Positions 6,400 to 15,263 of a DNA stretch of 23,216 nt are shown one piece after another (positions within the stretch are counted from its first letter, which is position 1; the number at the start of each line of letters is the position of its first letter). The position numbers were made by a program, and so were the translations under genes. The stretch covers positions 1-23,216 of the forward strand of contig JAYEOW010000055.1 in the NCBI GenBank assembly GCA_034723395.1, read 5' to 3'. The notes beneath the pieces are model-generated. The model saw only the letters and a list, made by a program, of their open reading frames with translations. It searched no databases and had not been told where the DNA came from. The DNA comes from Candidatus Margulisiibacteriota bacterium. GTDB lineage: Bacteria > Margulisbacteria > WOR-1 > O2-12-FULL-45-9.

Positions 6400-7845
6400 A
6401 TGGCAGAAGCAGCGCCGGCGCCGACTGGCGGCGGGTTAGATATCAGAAGATTATTACTTATGGGCGGGGTCGGAGTAGTTATCGTATTTGCCGTGATATT
6501 TCTTCTCTTTCGCGGATGCGCGGCGACCGGGGGGAGAGGTGGATCAGATTATACAGTTATTTATTCAAACCTGGGATTAAAGGATGCGGCAAATGTAGTT
6601 GCCCGGCTTAAGGAATTGGCAATTCCCTACGAGTTAAAGGACCAAGGACGATCGATCGCTGTACAGAAAAACAGATCGGACCAGGCGCGGCTCGGGCTGG
6701 CCGAAGAAAACCTGCCGGCGGGCGGGGTAGTAGGCTGGGAGATCTTTGACGAAACAAAATTAGGGGCGACCGATTTTGACCGGCGGATCCAGCTTATCCG
6801 CGCAATTTCGGGCGAGCTTTCAAGGACTATCCGCAGGATAAACGCGGTCGAAGACGCGCGGGTCCAGGTGGTTATGCCCGAAACCCGCCTTTTTGAGACC
6901 GTAAAAGCTCCAGTAACCGCTTCGGTCCTTTTAAAGTTAAGGCCGGGAGCAGAACTTATCCCGACTAAGATCCGCGGGATCGTTCACTTAGTTTCCAGCA
7001 GCGTTGAGAACCTTCAAACCGAGAATGTAACGGTTGTGGATAATAATGGAAGGATCCTAACGACGAAAACGATCTTAGAGGCCCCGGACCGTGAGCGGAT
7101 AAGTATTAAAAAGATCGTGACCACCCCTAAGGACATTATTATTACTGCCGAAGTAGAGGCGATAACCAAGGTTGCCACGGCGCCATTAAGCGCAGAAGAA
7201 AAGATCATGCTTAAAGTTAAGGCCAAGAAGAGGTTGGAGGTTGACCTGGCGGGGAAGGCGCAGGAGATCCTGAACCGTTTCTATCCGCCAAATAGTGTGA
7301 TCATAAAAGTTAATGTGGAGCTTAAGAACTCTACTGACAAAAAGAGCGCGAAATATGAGTTGAAGGTCGGGAGATTAACCGCGGTGATCTTGGTCGATAA
7401 CCGGATCGAGTTGACCCCGGAATTAAAGAGCTCTACTTATAAATCGGTCGCAGCTGCGGTCGGTTATGACAGGAAACGGGGCGATAAGATCATTATGCAA
7501 AAGGTCCCCTTCCATCTGGCGACCCCGCCTCCAGAGGTGATGAAGGCCGAAGTTCAAAAGGTGTTTCCGCCGGAAAAGAACGGTAAAAAGAGCATTGATA
7601 TTCTCCCGATATCCGGGATCAAATATCTCCCCTGGATCGGTGGAGGGGTTTTGCTCCTTTTGTTAGTTGTCTTGATCATAAAAAGGATCGGGAAAAAGAG
7701 ACCCCCCGAGAAATTAGAGATGACCGAATTTCCCGCAAAGCCGGAAGAACCGGCGAAAGGGTCGGAGGTTGACGCGATAAAATCAGCAGCGGCGAACAAT
7801 CCGGAAAAGATTGCGGAGCTGCTTAAAAGTTGGTTAACTAAATAA
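6400..7845 (+). CDS. fliF: MS-ring protein FliF with shortened RBM3 insertion
   Basis: Two TM segments, GWEIFD...GATDF, GELSRTI, ARVQVVMPE, TASVLLKL, AVGYDRKRGD, and C-terminal NPEKIAELLKSWL. Confidence 0.93.
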   Translation: MAEAAPAPTGGGLDIRRLLLMGGVGVVIVFAVIFLLFRGCAATGGRGGSDYTVIYSNLGLKDAANVVARLKELAIPYELKDQGRSIAVQKNRSDQARLGLAEENLPAGGVVGWEIFDETKLGATDFDRRIQLIRAISGELSRTIRRINAVEDARVQVVMPETRLFETVKAPVTASVLLKLRPGAELIPTKIRGIVHLVSSSVENLQTENVTVVDNNGRILTTKTILEAPDRERISIKKIVTTPKDIIITAEVEAITKVATAPLSAEEKIMLKVKAKKRLEVDLAGKAQEILNRFYPPNSVIIKVNVELKNSTDKKSAKYELKVGRLTAVILVDNRIELTPELKSSTYKSVAAAVGYDRKRGDKIIMQKVPFHLATPPPEVMKAEVQKVFPPEKNGKKSIDILPISGIKYLPWIGGGVLLLLLVVLIIKRIGKKRPPEKLEMTEFPAKPEEPAKGSEVDAIKSAAANNPEKIAELLKSWLTK

Positions 7846-7846
7846 A

Positions 7847-8311
7847 ATGCCTTTGAGCGGAAGAGAAAAAGCGACAATATTTTTATCTATCCTGGGGGCG
7901 GATACCTCAGCCAGAGTCCTTCGCTATCTGCCGGATGAACTAGCCGATCTGATCGCGGCAGGGATCAATCACCTTCCGACGCCTTCATCCGAAGCGCTTT
8001 CAGAGGTTTTGGGCGAATTCAAAGGTTTTCTGGCGCTGCCCGGGGAAAAGTCTCCGCCGAAAAGGATCGAAGAGCGGCCGGCTCCTCCTCAACCGAAAAG
8101 GTCGTATGCTATTTTAAAATACGAAAGGCCGCAGCTGGCGGCATTTTTGGTATCGATGCTTCCGGCCGAAGAGAAGGAAGATGTGCTGGCGGGTATTCCC
8201 CGCGAGCGGGGGATGGTGGAAGAATTTTTAGCTAATATCAAAAAGAACTCCTTATCGCCAAAATTAGAAGCGGTATTGAGGGAGCAATATAAAGGGAAAT
8301 TATGGGACTAA
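7847..8311 (+). CDS. fliG: Half-length FliG-like protein (N domain and part of M domain, no C-terminal torque domain)
   Basis: LSGREKATIFLSILG matches the FliG N-terminal motif. ERPQLAAFLVSML matches the EHPQ motif. Lies between fliF and fliH. 154 aa. Confidence 0.8.
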   Translation: MPLSGREKATIFLSILGADTSARVLRYLPDELADLIAAGINHLPTPSSEALSEVLGEFKGFLALPGEKSPPKRIEERPAPPQPKRSYAILKYERPQLAAFLVSMLPAEEKEDVLAGIPRERGMVEEFLANIKKNSLSPKLEAVLREQYKGKLWD

Positions 8312-8991
8312 TCAAAAGGGACCTTATTGAAGAGAAAGGGACATTGCTGATAGAAAAGAAGGCACCGGTACTTCCGCCGAGGCCGAAGGTCGAAATGGCG
8401 CCGCAGAGACCGGCTTCTGAAACAGAGATTAAAAAATCAAAAAACGAGGCACAGGAGATAATTGAGGCGGCGAGGCAAGAGGCAGCAGACATTAAGGAGG
8501 AAGCAAAGGAGGCGGGGAGACAGGAGGGGAGACAGGAAGCCTCTTCAAGAATAGAAGAGGCGATGGAGACGTTGAATGCGGCGGTAAAAGAGCGAAAAAA
8601 AATAATCTCCGATTCCGAGAATGAGATTTTAAGACTCTCTTTGAAAGTAGCTGAGCAGATAATCCGTTCCGAAGTTTCGCTCCATCGCGATGTTTGCCTT
8701 AATATTGTTTCTGAAGCTATTTCGAGAGTATCCGATCGGGAACAGATAATCGTAAAGGTAAACCGTGAAGATGCTGAATATTTAAAGCGGTATAAGGACC
8801 GCCTGGCCGGGATGCTTGATGGAGTGAAAAGTTTTTCGATCATTGAAGATGCCAATATTGAACCAGGTGGATGTGTTATCGAGACCAACCTCGGTTTTAT
8901 CGACGCCCGTATCGCAACAAAAATAAAATCTATCGAAGAAGCCCTCAACAAAGTGAGTTCCAGTAAAGAAGAAAAAAATCCCGCGCAATGA
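8302..8991 (+). CDS. fliH: Export ATPase regulator FliH/SctL
   Basis: AxxxG repeats ([13 protein letters not shown]), [25 protein letters not shown]. Confidence 0.92.
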   Translation: MGLIKRDLIEEKGTLLIEKKAPVLPPRPKVEMAPQRPASETEIKKSKNEAQEIIEAARQEAADIKEEAKEAGRQEGRQEASSRIEEAMETLNAAVKERKKIISDSENEILRLSLKVAEQIIRSEVSLHRDVCLNIVSEAISRVSDREQIIVKVNREDAEYLKRYKDRLAGMLDGVKSFSIIEDANIEPGGCVIETNLGFIDARIATKIKSIEEALNKVSSSKEEKNPAQ

Positions 8992-10298
8992 AAATTGATT
9001 TTGAAGAATACCATAGAGCGGTAGATAAGGCCGAACTGGTAAAAGTTATCGGCAAGGTTGTCCAGGTTGTCGGTTTGATCATAGAAGCCCAGGTTGGCGG
9101 GGTTTCTGTCGGGGATCTATGCACCATACGGATCGAAAAAGATAATCGTGATGCCCAGGCCGAAGTGGTCGGCTTTCGCGAAAACCGTGTCCTCTTAATG
9201 CCCCTCGGTTCTACCTCTGGGATATCCCCGGGATCCCAGGTTACCGCAGCAGGAAGACCTTTGATGGTTCCTGTTGGCAAAGACCTTTTAGGTAGGGTAT
9301 TGGGAGGATTGGGGGAGCCGATCGATGGTAAAGGGCCGCTTACCGGTGAAGAAAAATATCCGCTGGACGCGGATCCTCCCGATCCGGTTAAAAGACCGCG
9401 CGTTACCGAAGTTCTCCGCGCAGGTATTCGCGCGATCGATGGGACGCTAACCGTTGGCAGGGGGCAGAGAATCGGGATCTTTGCCGGTTCCGGTGTAGGG
9501 AAGTCTACTTTAATGGGCATGCTTGCCAGAAACACCGAAGCAGATGTCAACGTGATCGCGTTGGTCGGTGAGCGCGGCAGGGAGGTGCGCGATTTTATTG
9601 AAGAATCGCTGGGAGAAGAAGGTTTAAAGAGGTCGGTAGTTATTGTCGCGACTTCCGACAAGCCCCCTCTGATCCGCCTGAAAGCGGCCTTTGTCGCCAC
9701 CGCGGTCGCCGAATATTTTCGTAATAAAGGGAAGAAAGTTGTCTTGATGATGGATTCGGTGACCCGTTTTGCCATGGCCCAGCGTGAGATCGGCCTGGCA
9801 GCGGGGGAACCACCGACAACAAAAGGATATACTCCATCTGTTTTTGCGTTACTTCCCAGGTTGATGGAGAGGTCGGGGACGTCGGAAACCGGGACGATCA
9901 CCGCTTTTTATACGATCCTGGTCGAAGGGGATGATTTTAATGAACCGATTGCCGACCACTCGCGCTCTATTCTGGACGGGCACATTGTGCTCACCAGGTC
10001 GCTGGCGGCGCGCAACCACTATCCGGCGATCGATGTCCCGCACAGCGTATCCCGATTGATGACTAACCTGGTCTCCGATGAGCATAAGAAATCGGCGGGG
10101 CAATTAAGAGAAGTTTTGGCCCGTTATGCCGAAGCGGAGGACCTGATCAACATCGGCGCCTACGTAAAGGGAAGCAATCCGAAGATCGATTACGCTTTGT
10201 CAAAGATCGATCAGGTGAACGGGTTCTTAAAGCAGGGGACCTTTGAAAAGGTCAACTTTGAAGATACGGTCAACCAGATCATAGGGATATTTATATAG
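8988..10298 (+). CDS. fliI: Export ATPase FliI/SctN
   Basis: Walker [52 protein letters not shown]. Confidence 0.97.
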   Translation: MKIDFEEYHRAVDKAELVKVIGKVVQVVGLIIEAQVGGVSVGDLCTIRIEKDNRDAQAEVVGFRENRVLLMPLGSTSGISPGSQVTAAGRPLMVPVGKDLLGRVLGGLGEPIDGKGPLTGEEKYPLDADPPDPVKRPRVTEVLRAGIRAIDGTLTVGRGQRIGIFAGSGVGKSTLMGMLARNTEADVNVIALVGERGREVRDFIEESLGEEGLKRSVVIVATSDKPPLIRLKAAFVATAVAEYFRNKGKKVVLMMDSVTRFAMAQREIGLAAGEPPTTKGYTPSVFALLPRLMERSGTSETGTITAFYTILVEGDDFNEPIADHSRSILDGHIVLTRSLAARNHYPAIDVPHSVSRLMTNLVSDEHKKSAGQLREVLARYAEAEDLINIGAYVKGSNPKIDYALSKIDQVNGFLKQGTFEKVNFEDTVNQIIGIFI

Positions 10299-10789
10299 TG
10301 GCGAAGCCAAAACCGGGCAAGAAATTCAAGTATGACCTCACGCCTGTCCTGAAGGTAAGGGCGATCAAAGAGAAAAAAGAACAGGAAAAATTTGCCGAAA
10401 AGAAACGCTCTTACATGACCGAAAAGAAAAAGGAAGATGAGATTGATGAAAATAAAAAGGGTAAAGAGGGGGAGCTGCGCGGAGTTTTTAAAAAAGGGCC
10501 AATTTCTGATTTTTCCAAAGTTTTGCAGAGAAAAGCACATCTCGAAGTGTTAAAAGACGACCTTGATAAACAGATCGAAAAGGTGATCGAGTCAAGTAAG
10601 CTTTTAGAAGAGCAGCGCGCCCACCTGATCACCGCGATGAAGGATAAGAAGGTTATGGAAAAGCACAAAGAGAAAAAACTTGAAGAGTATAAGAAGATCA
10701 TGAACGACCTGGAGACCAAATTCTTAGACGAGATCGCTACTGAGAGATTCCAAACTGAAAAACACGACCAGAAGAAGAAAAAGAGCTAG
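10298..10789 (+). CDS. fliJ: FliJ/SctO-like coiled-coil stalk protein (GTG start)
   Basis: [12 protein letters not shown] at the N-terminus, charged coiled coil, [11 protein letters not shown] near the C-terminus. Follows fliI. Confidence 0.85.
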   Translation: MAKPKPGKKFKYDLTPVLKVRAIKEKKEQEKFAEKKRSYMTEKKKEDEIDENKKGKEGELRGVFKKGPISDFSKVLQRKAHLEVLKDDLDKQIEKVIESSKLLEEQRAHLITAMKDKKVMEKHKEKKLEEYKKIMNDLETKFLDEIATERFQTEKHDQKKKKS

Positions 10790-10977
10790 ACTGCTTTTAT
10801 CGCTTTCCCGGCCTTAAGGCACTTGGTGCAGACATAATCTTTTATCTTTTTCCCCTCGAAAATGATGTTCATCTTCTGCAGGTTGGGATTGAAGCGCCGT
10901 TTGCTGTGGCGGTTGCTGTGGGATACAGTATTGCCGCTTCTTGGCTTTTTACCGCAGTAAACACATTTCTTGCTCAT
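10786..10977 (-). CDS. rpmB: 50S ribosomal protein L28 (63 aa, zinc-ribbon type)
   Basis: [35 protein letters not shown]...CTKCLKAG. True start is 10977, not 11076. Confidence 0.96.
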   Translation of the reverse strand: MSKKCVYCGKKPRSGNTVSHSNRHSKRRFNPNLQKMNIIFEGKKIKDYVCTKCLKAGKAIKAV

Positions 10978-10981
10978 AGCG

Positions 10982-11010
10982 TTTATAGTATAGCATGATT
11001 GTGTTAGAAT
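10982..11010 (+). promoter_or_regulatory. Possible promoter of the recG operon
   Basis: TGtTAGAAT (11002-11010) extended -10, with weak -35 TTTATA (10982-10987) at 17 nt spacing. Confidence 0.45.
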
Positions 11011-11015
11011 GACAA
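10987..11015 (-). promoter_or_regulatory. sigma70 promoter of rpmB
   Basis: Minus strand TTGTCA, 17 nt spacer, TATACT, with an extended -10 TG. ATG is 9 nt downstream of the -10. Confidence 0.75.
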
Positions 11016-11024
11016 ACAGTAAAC

Positions 11025-12971
11025 ATGACGACAAAACTAGACACACCAGCTCAATATATAAAAGGGGTCGGCCCAAAGGTGGCTAAACTGCTTAAAAAAC
11101 TTGGCTTGGAAACGGCTGAGGATATAATATATTTTTTCCCGCGCGATTATGATGACCGTTCAACCGTTAAAGCGATCGCGCAGCTTTCTCCGTCAGCACA
11201 TGAAGTGGTAAAAGGGGAGATCATATCGATCAATAACCAGCAGACGCGCGGCCGGTTTTCGGTACTAAAAATAGTTGTTTCCGACCGCTCGGGATCGGTG
11301 CAGGCGGTCTGGTTTAACCAGCCTTATCTGGCCAGAATGTTCCGAAAGGGGATGCGGTTGATCCTTTCCGGTAAAGTGGAGATCTCAAATTATGAGGGGA
11401 TCATGCAATTTATCGTTAAGGATTTTGAGATAGATACGGGGGTAAACCCGAAGATCGTCCCTTTTTATCCTTTAACCGAAGGGCTTTATCCAAAAAAGAT
11501 GCGGGCAATAGTTGAGCGGGCGCTGGATGAATGTTTGGATGAGATCGAAGATACGGTCCCAGAAGAGGTAAAGAAGAAATATAAGCTTCCCGATCTTCAA
11601 AAATCGATCCATCAGCTCCATTTTCCGGACGACCTGAAAAAAATAGCAATAGCTCACCGGCGTCTCGCTTTTGATGATTTCTATAATTTTTTCATAGAGC
11701 TTGGCCGGCGCAGGAAAAAGATTAAAGCAGAAAAAGGTGTCAAGTTTAAAGTTGATGAGGCAAGGATCAGAGAATTTAAGAATTCTCTCCCGTTTAAATT
11801 GACCGGTTCGCAGGAGCGGGTATTAAACGATATTTTTACGGATATGCAAAGTGATCGGCCGATGAACCGGCTTTTACAGGGAGATGTCGGTTCGGGTAAA
11901 ACGATTGTGGCGGCGATCGCCGCTTTGGCAGCGGTTAATGATGGTTATCAAGTAGCCTTTATGGCGCCGACCGAGATTTTGGCGCAGCAGCATTATGCGA
12001 AAATAGCAAATTATCTTGACGAATTTAAAGTTTCGGTCGAGCTAGTGACATCCAACACATTGGGAAAAGGAAGGGAGCAGAAGGCGGATATTATTATCGG
12101 GACCCACGCCCTTATCCAGGAAAAAGTTAAATACAAAAACCTTGGTTTAGTGATTATCGACGAGCAGCACCGCTTTGGAGTAATGCAAAGGAAAACGCTT
12201 GCGCAAAAAGGGATGAGCCCCGGCCTTCTGATCATGACCGCGACCCCGATCCCAAGATCGCTTGCCTTAACCCTTTATGGAGATCTCGACCGTTCAGTTA
12301 TCGGCGAAATGCCGCCGGGGAGGACTCCGATCAAGACCCATTATGTGCCAGAGGGTAAACGGAGCGGCGCTTACAGTTTTATGCGTGAAAAGGTGAAAGA
12401 GGGGCGGCAAATATTTATTATCTGCCCCCTGGTGGAGGAATCTGAAAAAGTGGACCTTAAGGCGGCCATGGATGAAGCGGAAAGGTTGCAAAATGATATT
12501 TTTCCCGACCTAAAAGTCGGGCTTATTCACGGACGTTTGCCCGGCGATGAGAAAGACAGGATCATGAAGGATTTTAAGAATAAAAAGATCGATATCCTGG
12601 TATCTACGACGGTGATCGAGGTCGGGATTGATATCCCGAACGCAACTGTTATGGTTATAGAGCACGCGGAAAGGTTTGGCCTTTCACAGCTCCACCAATT
12701 ACGGGGAAGGATCGGACGCGGTTCTGAGCAGTCATTTTGTTTCTTGATCGGCCAGCCAAAAACTGAGGATGCAAGGATTAGGATCAGGGCGATGCTCGAT
12801 TCTAATGACGGATTTGATATTGCCGAAGTCGATTTAAAATTGCGCGGACCGGGCGACTTTTTCGGCACTAAACAGAGCGGATTGCCTGAGTTTAAAGTGG
12901 CTGATATTATAAGAGATGCGCAGGTTTTGCGTGAAGCTCGACAGGCAGTCATTGATCAGGGTAAATTATGA
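11025..12971 (+). CDS. recG: ATP-dependent DNA helicase RecG
   Basis: KGVGPK, wedge domain [67 protein letters not shown]. Confidence 0.97.
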   Translation: MTTKLDTPAQYIKGVGPKVAKLLKKLGLETAEDIIYFFPRDYDDRSTVKAIAQLSPSAHEVVKGEIISINNQQTRGRFSVLKIVVSDRSGSVQAVWFNQPYLARMFRKGMRLILSGKVEISNYEGIMQFIVKDFEIDTGVNPKIVPFYPLTEGLYPKKMRAIVERALDECLDEIEDTVPEEVKKKYKLPDLQKSIHQLHFPDDLKKIAIAHRRLAFDDFYNFFIELGRRRKKIKAEKGVKFKVDEARIREFKNSLPFKLTGSQERVLNDIFTDMQSDRPMNRLLQGDVGSGKTIVAAIAALAAVNDGYQVAFMAPTEILAQQHYAKIANYLDEFKVSVELVTSNTLGKGREQKADIIIGTHALIQEKVKYKNLGLVIIDEQHRFGVMQRKTLAQKGMSPGLLIMTATPIPRSLALTLYGDLDRSVIGEMPPGRTPIKTHYVPEGKRSGAYSFMREKVKEGRQIFIICPLVEESEKVDLKAAMDEAERLQNDIFPDLKVGLIHGRLPGDEKDRIMKDFKNKKIDILVSTTVIEVGIDIPNATVMVIEHAERFGLSQLHQLRGRIGRGSEQSFCFLIGQPKTEDARIRIRAMLDSNDGFDIAEVDLKLRGPGDFFGTKQSGLPEFKVADIIRDAQVLREARQAVIDQGKL

Positions 12972-13513
12972 GAGTAATTGCAGGGATAAAAAAAGGTAAA
13001 ACGTTAAAATCACCGAAAGGGAAAACTAGGCCATTATCAGATCAGGCTAAGGAGTCCCTTTTTAATATATTGCGACCATATACCGAAGGGAGCTATTTTC
13101 TAGACCTATTCGCGGGGAGTGGCGGAGTGGGGATCGAAGCACTTTCGCGCGGGGCGACCCTTTCTATTTTTGTTGAATTGGATAAGAAAACTGTCCAGGT
13201 AATAAGAGAAAATATTGAGCTTTGCGGTTTTACAGATCGATCCGAGGTTTATGCTTTGGATGTCCTGCGGGCGTTGAAAATATTAAAGAGAAAAGGGGCA
13301 AAATTTGATATAATATTTATCGGCGCTCCATATGGCAGTCCAAACTTGGTAAAGGCGATCGAGGAGCTGTCGGATGGTTCGTTGTTGAATAAAGAGGGGA
13401 TTGTTATCGCCGAGCACAGGGCGAAGCATAAAATGGAAGAAGATTTTGGATCGCTCAAGCGGGTAAGAGAGGCCCGCTATGGGGATACTGTTTTAGCCTT
13501 TTATAAGAGATAA
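12968..13513 (+). CDS. rsmD: 16S rRNA m2G966 methyltransferase RsmD
   Basis: MRVIAG..KG, TRP, KESLFN, LDLFAGSGGVGIEALSRGA, YGDT. Motif IV reads GAPY. Confidence 0.92.
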   Translation: MRVIAGIKKGKTLKSPKGKTRPLSDQAKESLFNILRPYTEGSYFLDLFAGSGGVGIEALSRGATLSIFVELDKKTVQVIRENIELCGFTDRSEVYALDVLRALKILKRKGAKFDIIFIGAPYGSPNLVKAIEELSDGSLLNKEGIVIAEHRAKHKMEEDFGSLKRVREARYGDTVLAFYKR

Positions 13514-13515
13514 TA

Positions 13516-13986
13516 ATGAAAATAGCGATATATCCGGGAAGTTTTGATCCGATAACCAATGGCCACCTCGACATCATTGAAAGGGCGGCTAAATTATTTG
13601 GTAAGGTCGTCGTTTCGGTGATCCGCAATCCTGCAAAACAACCGCAGTATACTCTGGCCGAAAGGGTGCAGATGATCAGAAGTTCAATTAAGGGGACCAA
13701 AAATGTTGTAGTCGATAGTTTTGACGGTTTATTGGTCGGTTACGCCAGGAAAAAGAAGGCGAATGTAATTGTTAGAGGGCTTCGCGCGGTATCGGATTTT
13801 GATTACGAATTCCAAATGGCGCTTACCAACCGGAAGATGGTCCCTGAGATCGAAACCCTGTTTTTTATGACCGATTATAAATATTCATATCTCTCTTCAA
13901 GTTTTGTAAAAGAGATCGCGCGGCTAGGGGGGAAGGTTGGCGAACTTGTTCCCGCCCCCGTGGCTAAGAAACTGCATAAAGGATAG
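13516..13986 (+). CDS. coaD: Phosphopantetheine adenylyltransferase
   Basis: IYPGSFDPITNGHLDII, RGLRAVSDFDYEFQMA, LSSSFVKEIA. Confidence 0.98.
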   Translation: MKIAIYPGSFDPITNGHLDIIERAAKLFGKVVVSVIRNPAKQPQYTLAERVQMIRSSIKGTKNVVVDSFDGLLVGYARKKKANVIVRGLRAVSDFDYEFQMALTNRKMVPEIETLFFMTDYKYSYLSSSFVKEIARLGGKVGELVPAPVAKKLHKG

Positions 13987-13996
13987 GTGTAAAAAA

Positions 13997-14443
13997 ATGG
14001 AAATTTTAGGATTACTGGATACACTGGAATCGATGATCATGGATGGTTCCCGGATCCCATTTACCAAAAAATTAATTGTAAATGAAGACAAGATCCTGGC
14101 GGTAGTCGATAAGATCAGGCTGGTGGTCCAGGGTGGGGGAGGTTTTGCCAAAGAGGCGATCACCGGTAAGCCTATTCCTGCGGAGAAGGCACAGGCCGAG
14201 GCAGAGGCCCCTCGACAGAGCTCGGGGCAAGCGCAGGTTCATGCAAGCCCTCCTGAGGGGGGAGAAGCGGTTGAAGTGTTACAGCAAGCGTACCAGATGG
14301 CAAAAGAGATCCGCGAAGGGGCTGATCATTATGCGGATGAGGTATTAGAAAATCTCGAAGCGACCTCTTCGAGAATATTGAGGACGGTTAAGGCGGGCCG
14401 GGATCGATTGGCAAAAACGGCTCCGGTTGAGGAGAAGAAGTGA
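13997..14443 (+). CDS. Conserved coiled-coil protein downstream of coaD (Cdv3/SepIVA-like)
   Basis: Start [14 protein letters not shown]...RIPFT, C-terminal [20 protein letters not shown]. The position after coaD is typical of this family. ATG at 13997 preferred over 13937. Confidence 0.7.
   Translation: MEILGLLDTLESMIMDGSRIPFTKKLIVNEDKILAVVDKIRLVVQGGGGFAKEAITGKPIPAEKAQAEAEAPRQSSGQAQVHASPPEGGEAVEVLQQAYQMAKEIREGADHYADEVLENLEATSSRILRTVKAGRDRLAKTAPVEEKK
14207..14231 (+). repeat. REP-like hairpin, copy 1, inside the CDS
   Basis: GCCCCTCGACAGAGCTCGGGGCAAG, 23/25 identical to 17074-17098. Confidence 0.8.
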
Positions 14444-15159
14444 AACGAAACGACGGCCGGTCGGAAAAGGATATTCGACCGTTAAAGATCAAAAGGAATT
14501 ATCTTAAGTATCCTGAAGGTTCGGTGCTTATCGAGATGGGGAGCACTAAGGTGATTTGCACAGCGTCGGTATCAGAAAATGTCCCTTTCCATAAAAAAGG
14601 GTCGGGCGAAGGCTGGGTAACCGCCGAATACTCGATGCTTCCGCGGGCGACTACGGAACGAAATTCAAGGGAGCGGAATGTGCGCGGCAGGACGCAAGAG
14701 ATCCAGCGATTAATCGGTCGATCGCTCCGTGCGGTGGTAGACCTTGAAAAGCTTGGGGAAAGGACGATCGTGATCGATACCGATGTTATCCAGGCCGATG
14801 GCGGCACCCGGACCGCGGCGATCAACGGAGCGATGGTCGCTTTGAAAGATGCGGTCGCTTTTCTTTTGAAGAATGGGAAGATAAAAAAAGATCCGATCGA
14901 AGCAAACCTGGCGGCGATGAGCGTAGGTATTGTCCAGGGCCAGCCGATGGTCGATCTTGATTACAGCGAAGATTTTATGGCCGAGGTTGATATGAATGTG
15001 GTGATGACCGAAGCGGGAGGATTTGTCGAGGTGCAAGGGACGGCAGAGGGGATCCCTTTTTCAAAGAAGAAACTGGATGAATTATTGGATCTGGCAAAGA
15101 TCGGCATCCAAAAAGTTATCAAAATTCAAGAAGAGGCGCTGGGGAAAAATGCCGAATGA
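14440..15159 (+). CDS. rph: Ribonuclease PH (GTG start)
   Basis: [67 protein letters not shown]. Confidence 0.97.
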   Translation: MKRNDGRSEKDIRPLKIKRNYLKYPEGSVLIEMGSTKVICTASVSENVPFHKKGSGEGWVTAEYSMLPRATTERNSRERNVRGRTQEIQRLIGRSLRAVVDLEKLGERTIVIDTDVIQADGGTRTAAINGAMVALKDAVAFLLKNGKIKKDPIEANLAAMSVGIVQGQPMVDLDYSEDFMAEVDMNVVMTEAGGFVEVQGTAEGIPFSKKKLDELLDLAKIGIQKVIKIQEEALGKNAE

Positions 15160-15248
15160 CGAATTCCTAATGCCGAATTTATGTGTCGCTTCGCGACGTC
15201 ATTATAATAATACATTAGTTCGGCATTCGACATTCGGAATTCGGAATT
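15148..15248. repeat. Inverted heptamer arrays with a central mini-hairpin
   Basis: Left arm AATGCCG AATGACG AATTCCT AATGCCG (15148-15175). GTCGC-TTC-GCGAC (15185-15197). Right arm CGGCATT CGACATT CGGAATT CGGAATT (15221-15248). Confidence 0.85.
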
Positions 15249-15263
15249 AATAAAGGAGTAAAC

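Noticed and set aside
8238..9901. Long minus-strand ORFs (258 aa and 318 aa)
   Set aside because: Antisense shadows of fliH and fliI with no recognisable motifs. The other short alternative-frame ORFs in the track were dismissed likewise.
8302..10789. fliH/fliI/fliJ as F-type ATP synthase or classical injectisome genes
   Set aside because: Context with fliF, fliE, rod and P/L-ring genes shows flagellar ancestry. No secretin or needle genes are seen.
10978..11076. N-terminal extension of the 96-aa rpmB ORF
   Set aside because: L28 homology starts at MSKKC (10977). The extension overlaps recG and the rpmB promoter.
13937..13996. Upstream extension of the ORF after coaD
   Set aside because: It overlaps coaD. 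ATG 13997 has an SD-like AGGTG and gives the family-like N-terminus.
15148..15248. Repeat arrays as CRISPR or a tRNA/ncRNA gene
   Set aside because: Units are 7 bp with no unique spacers, no cas genes are present, and no cloverleaf or known RNA motif was recognised.
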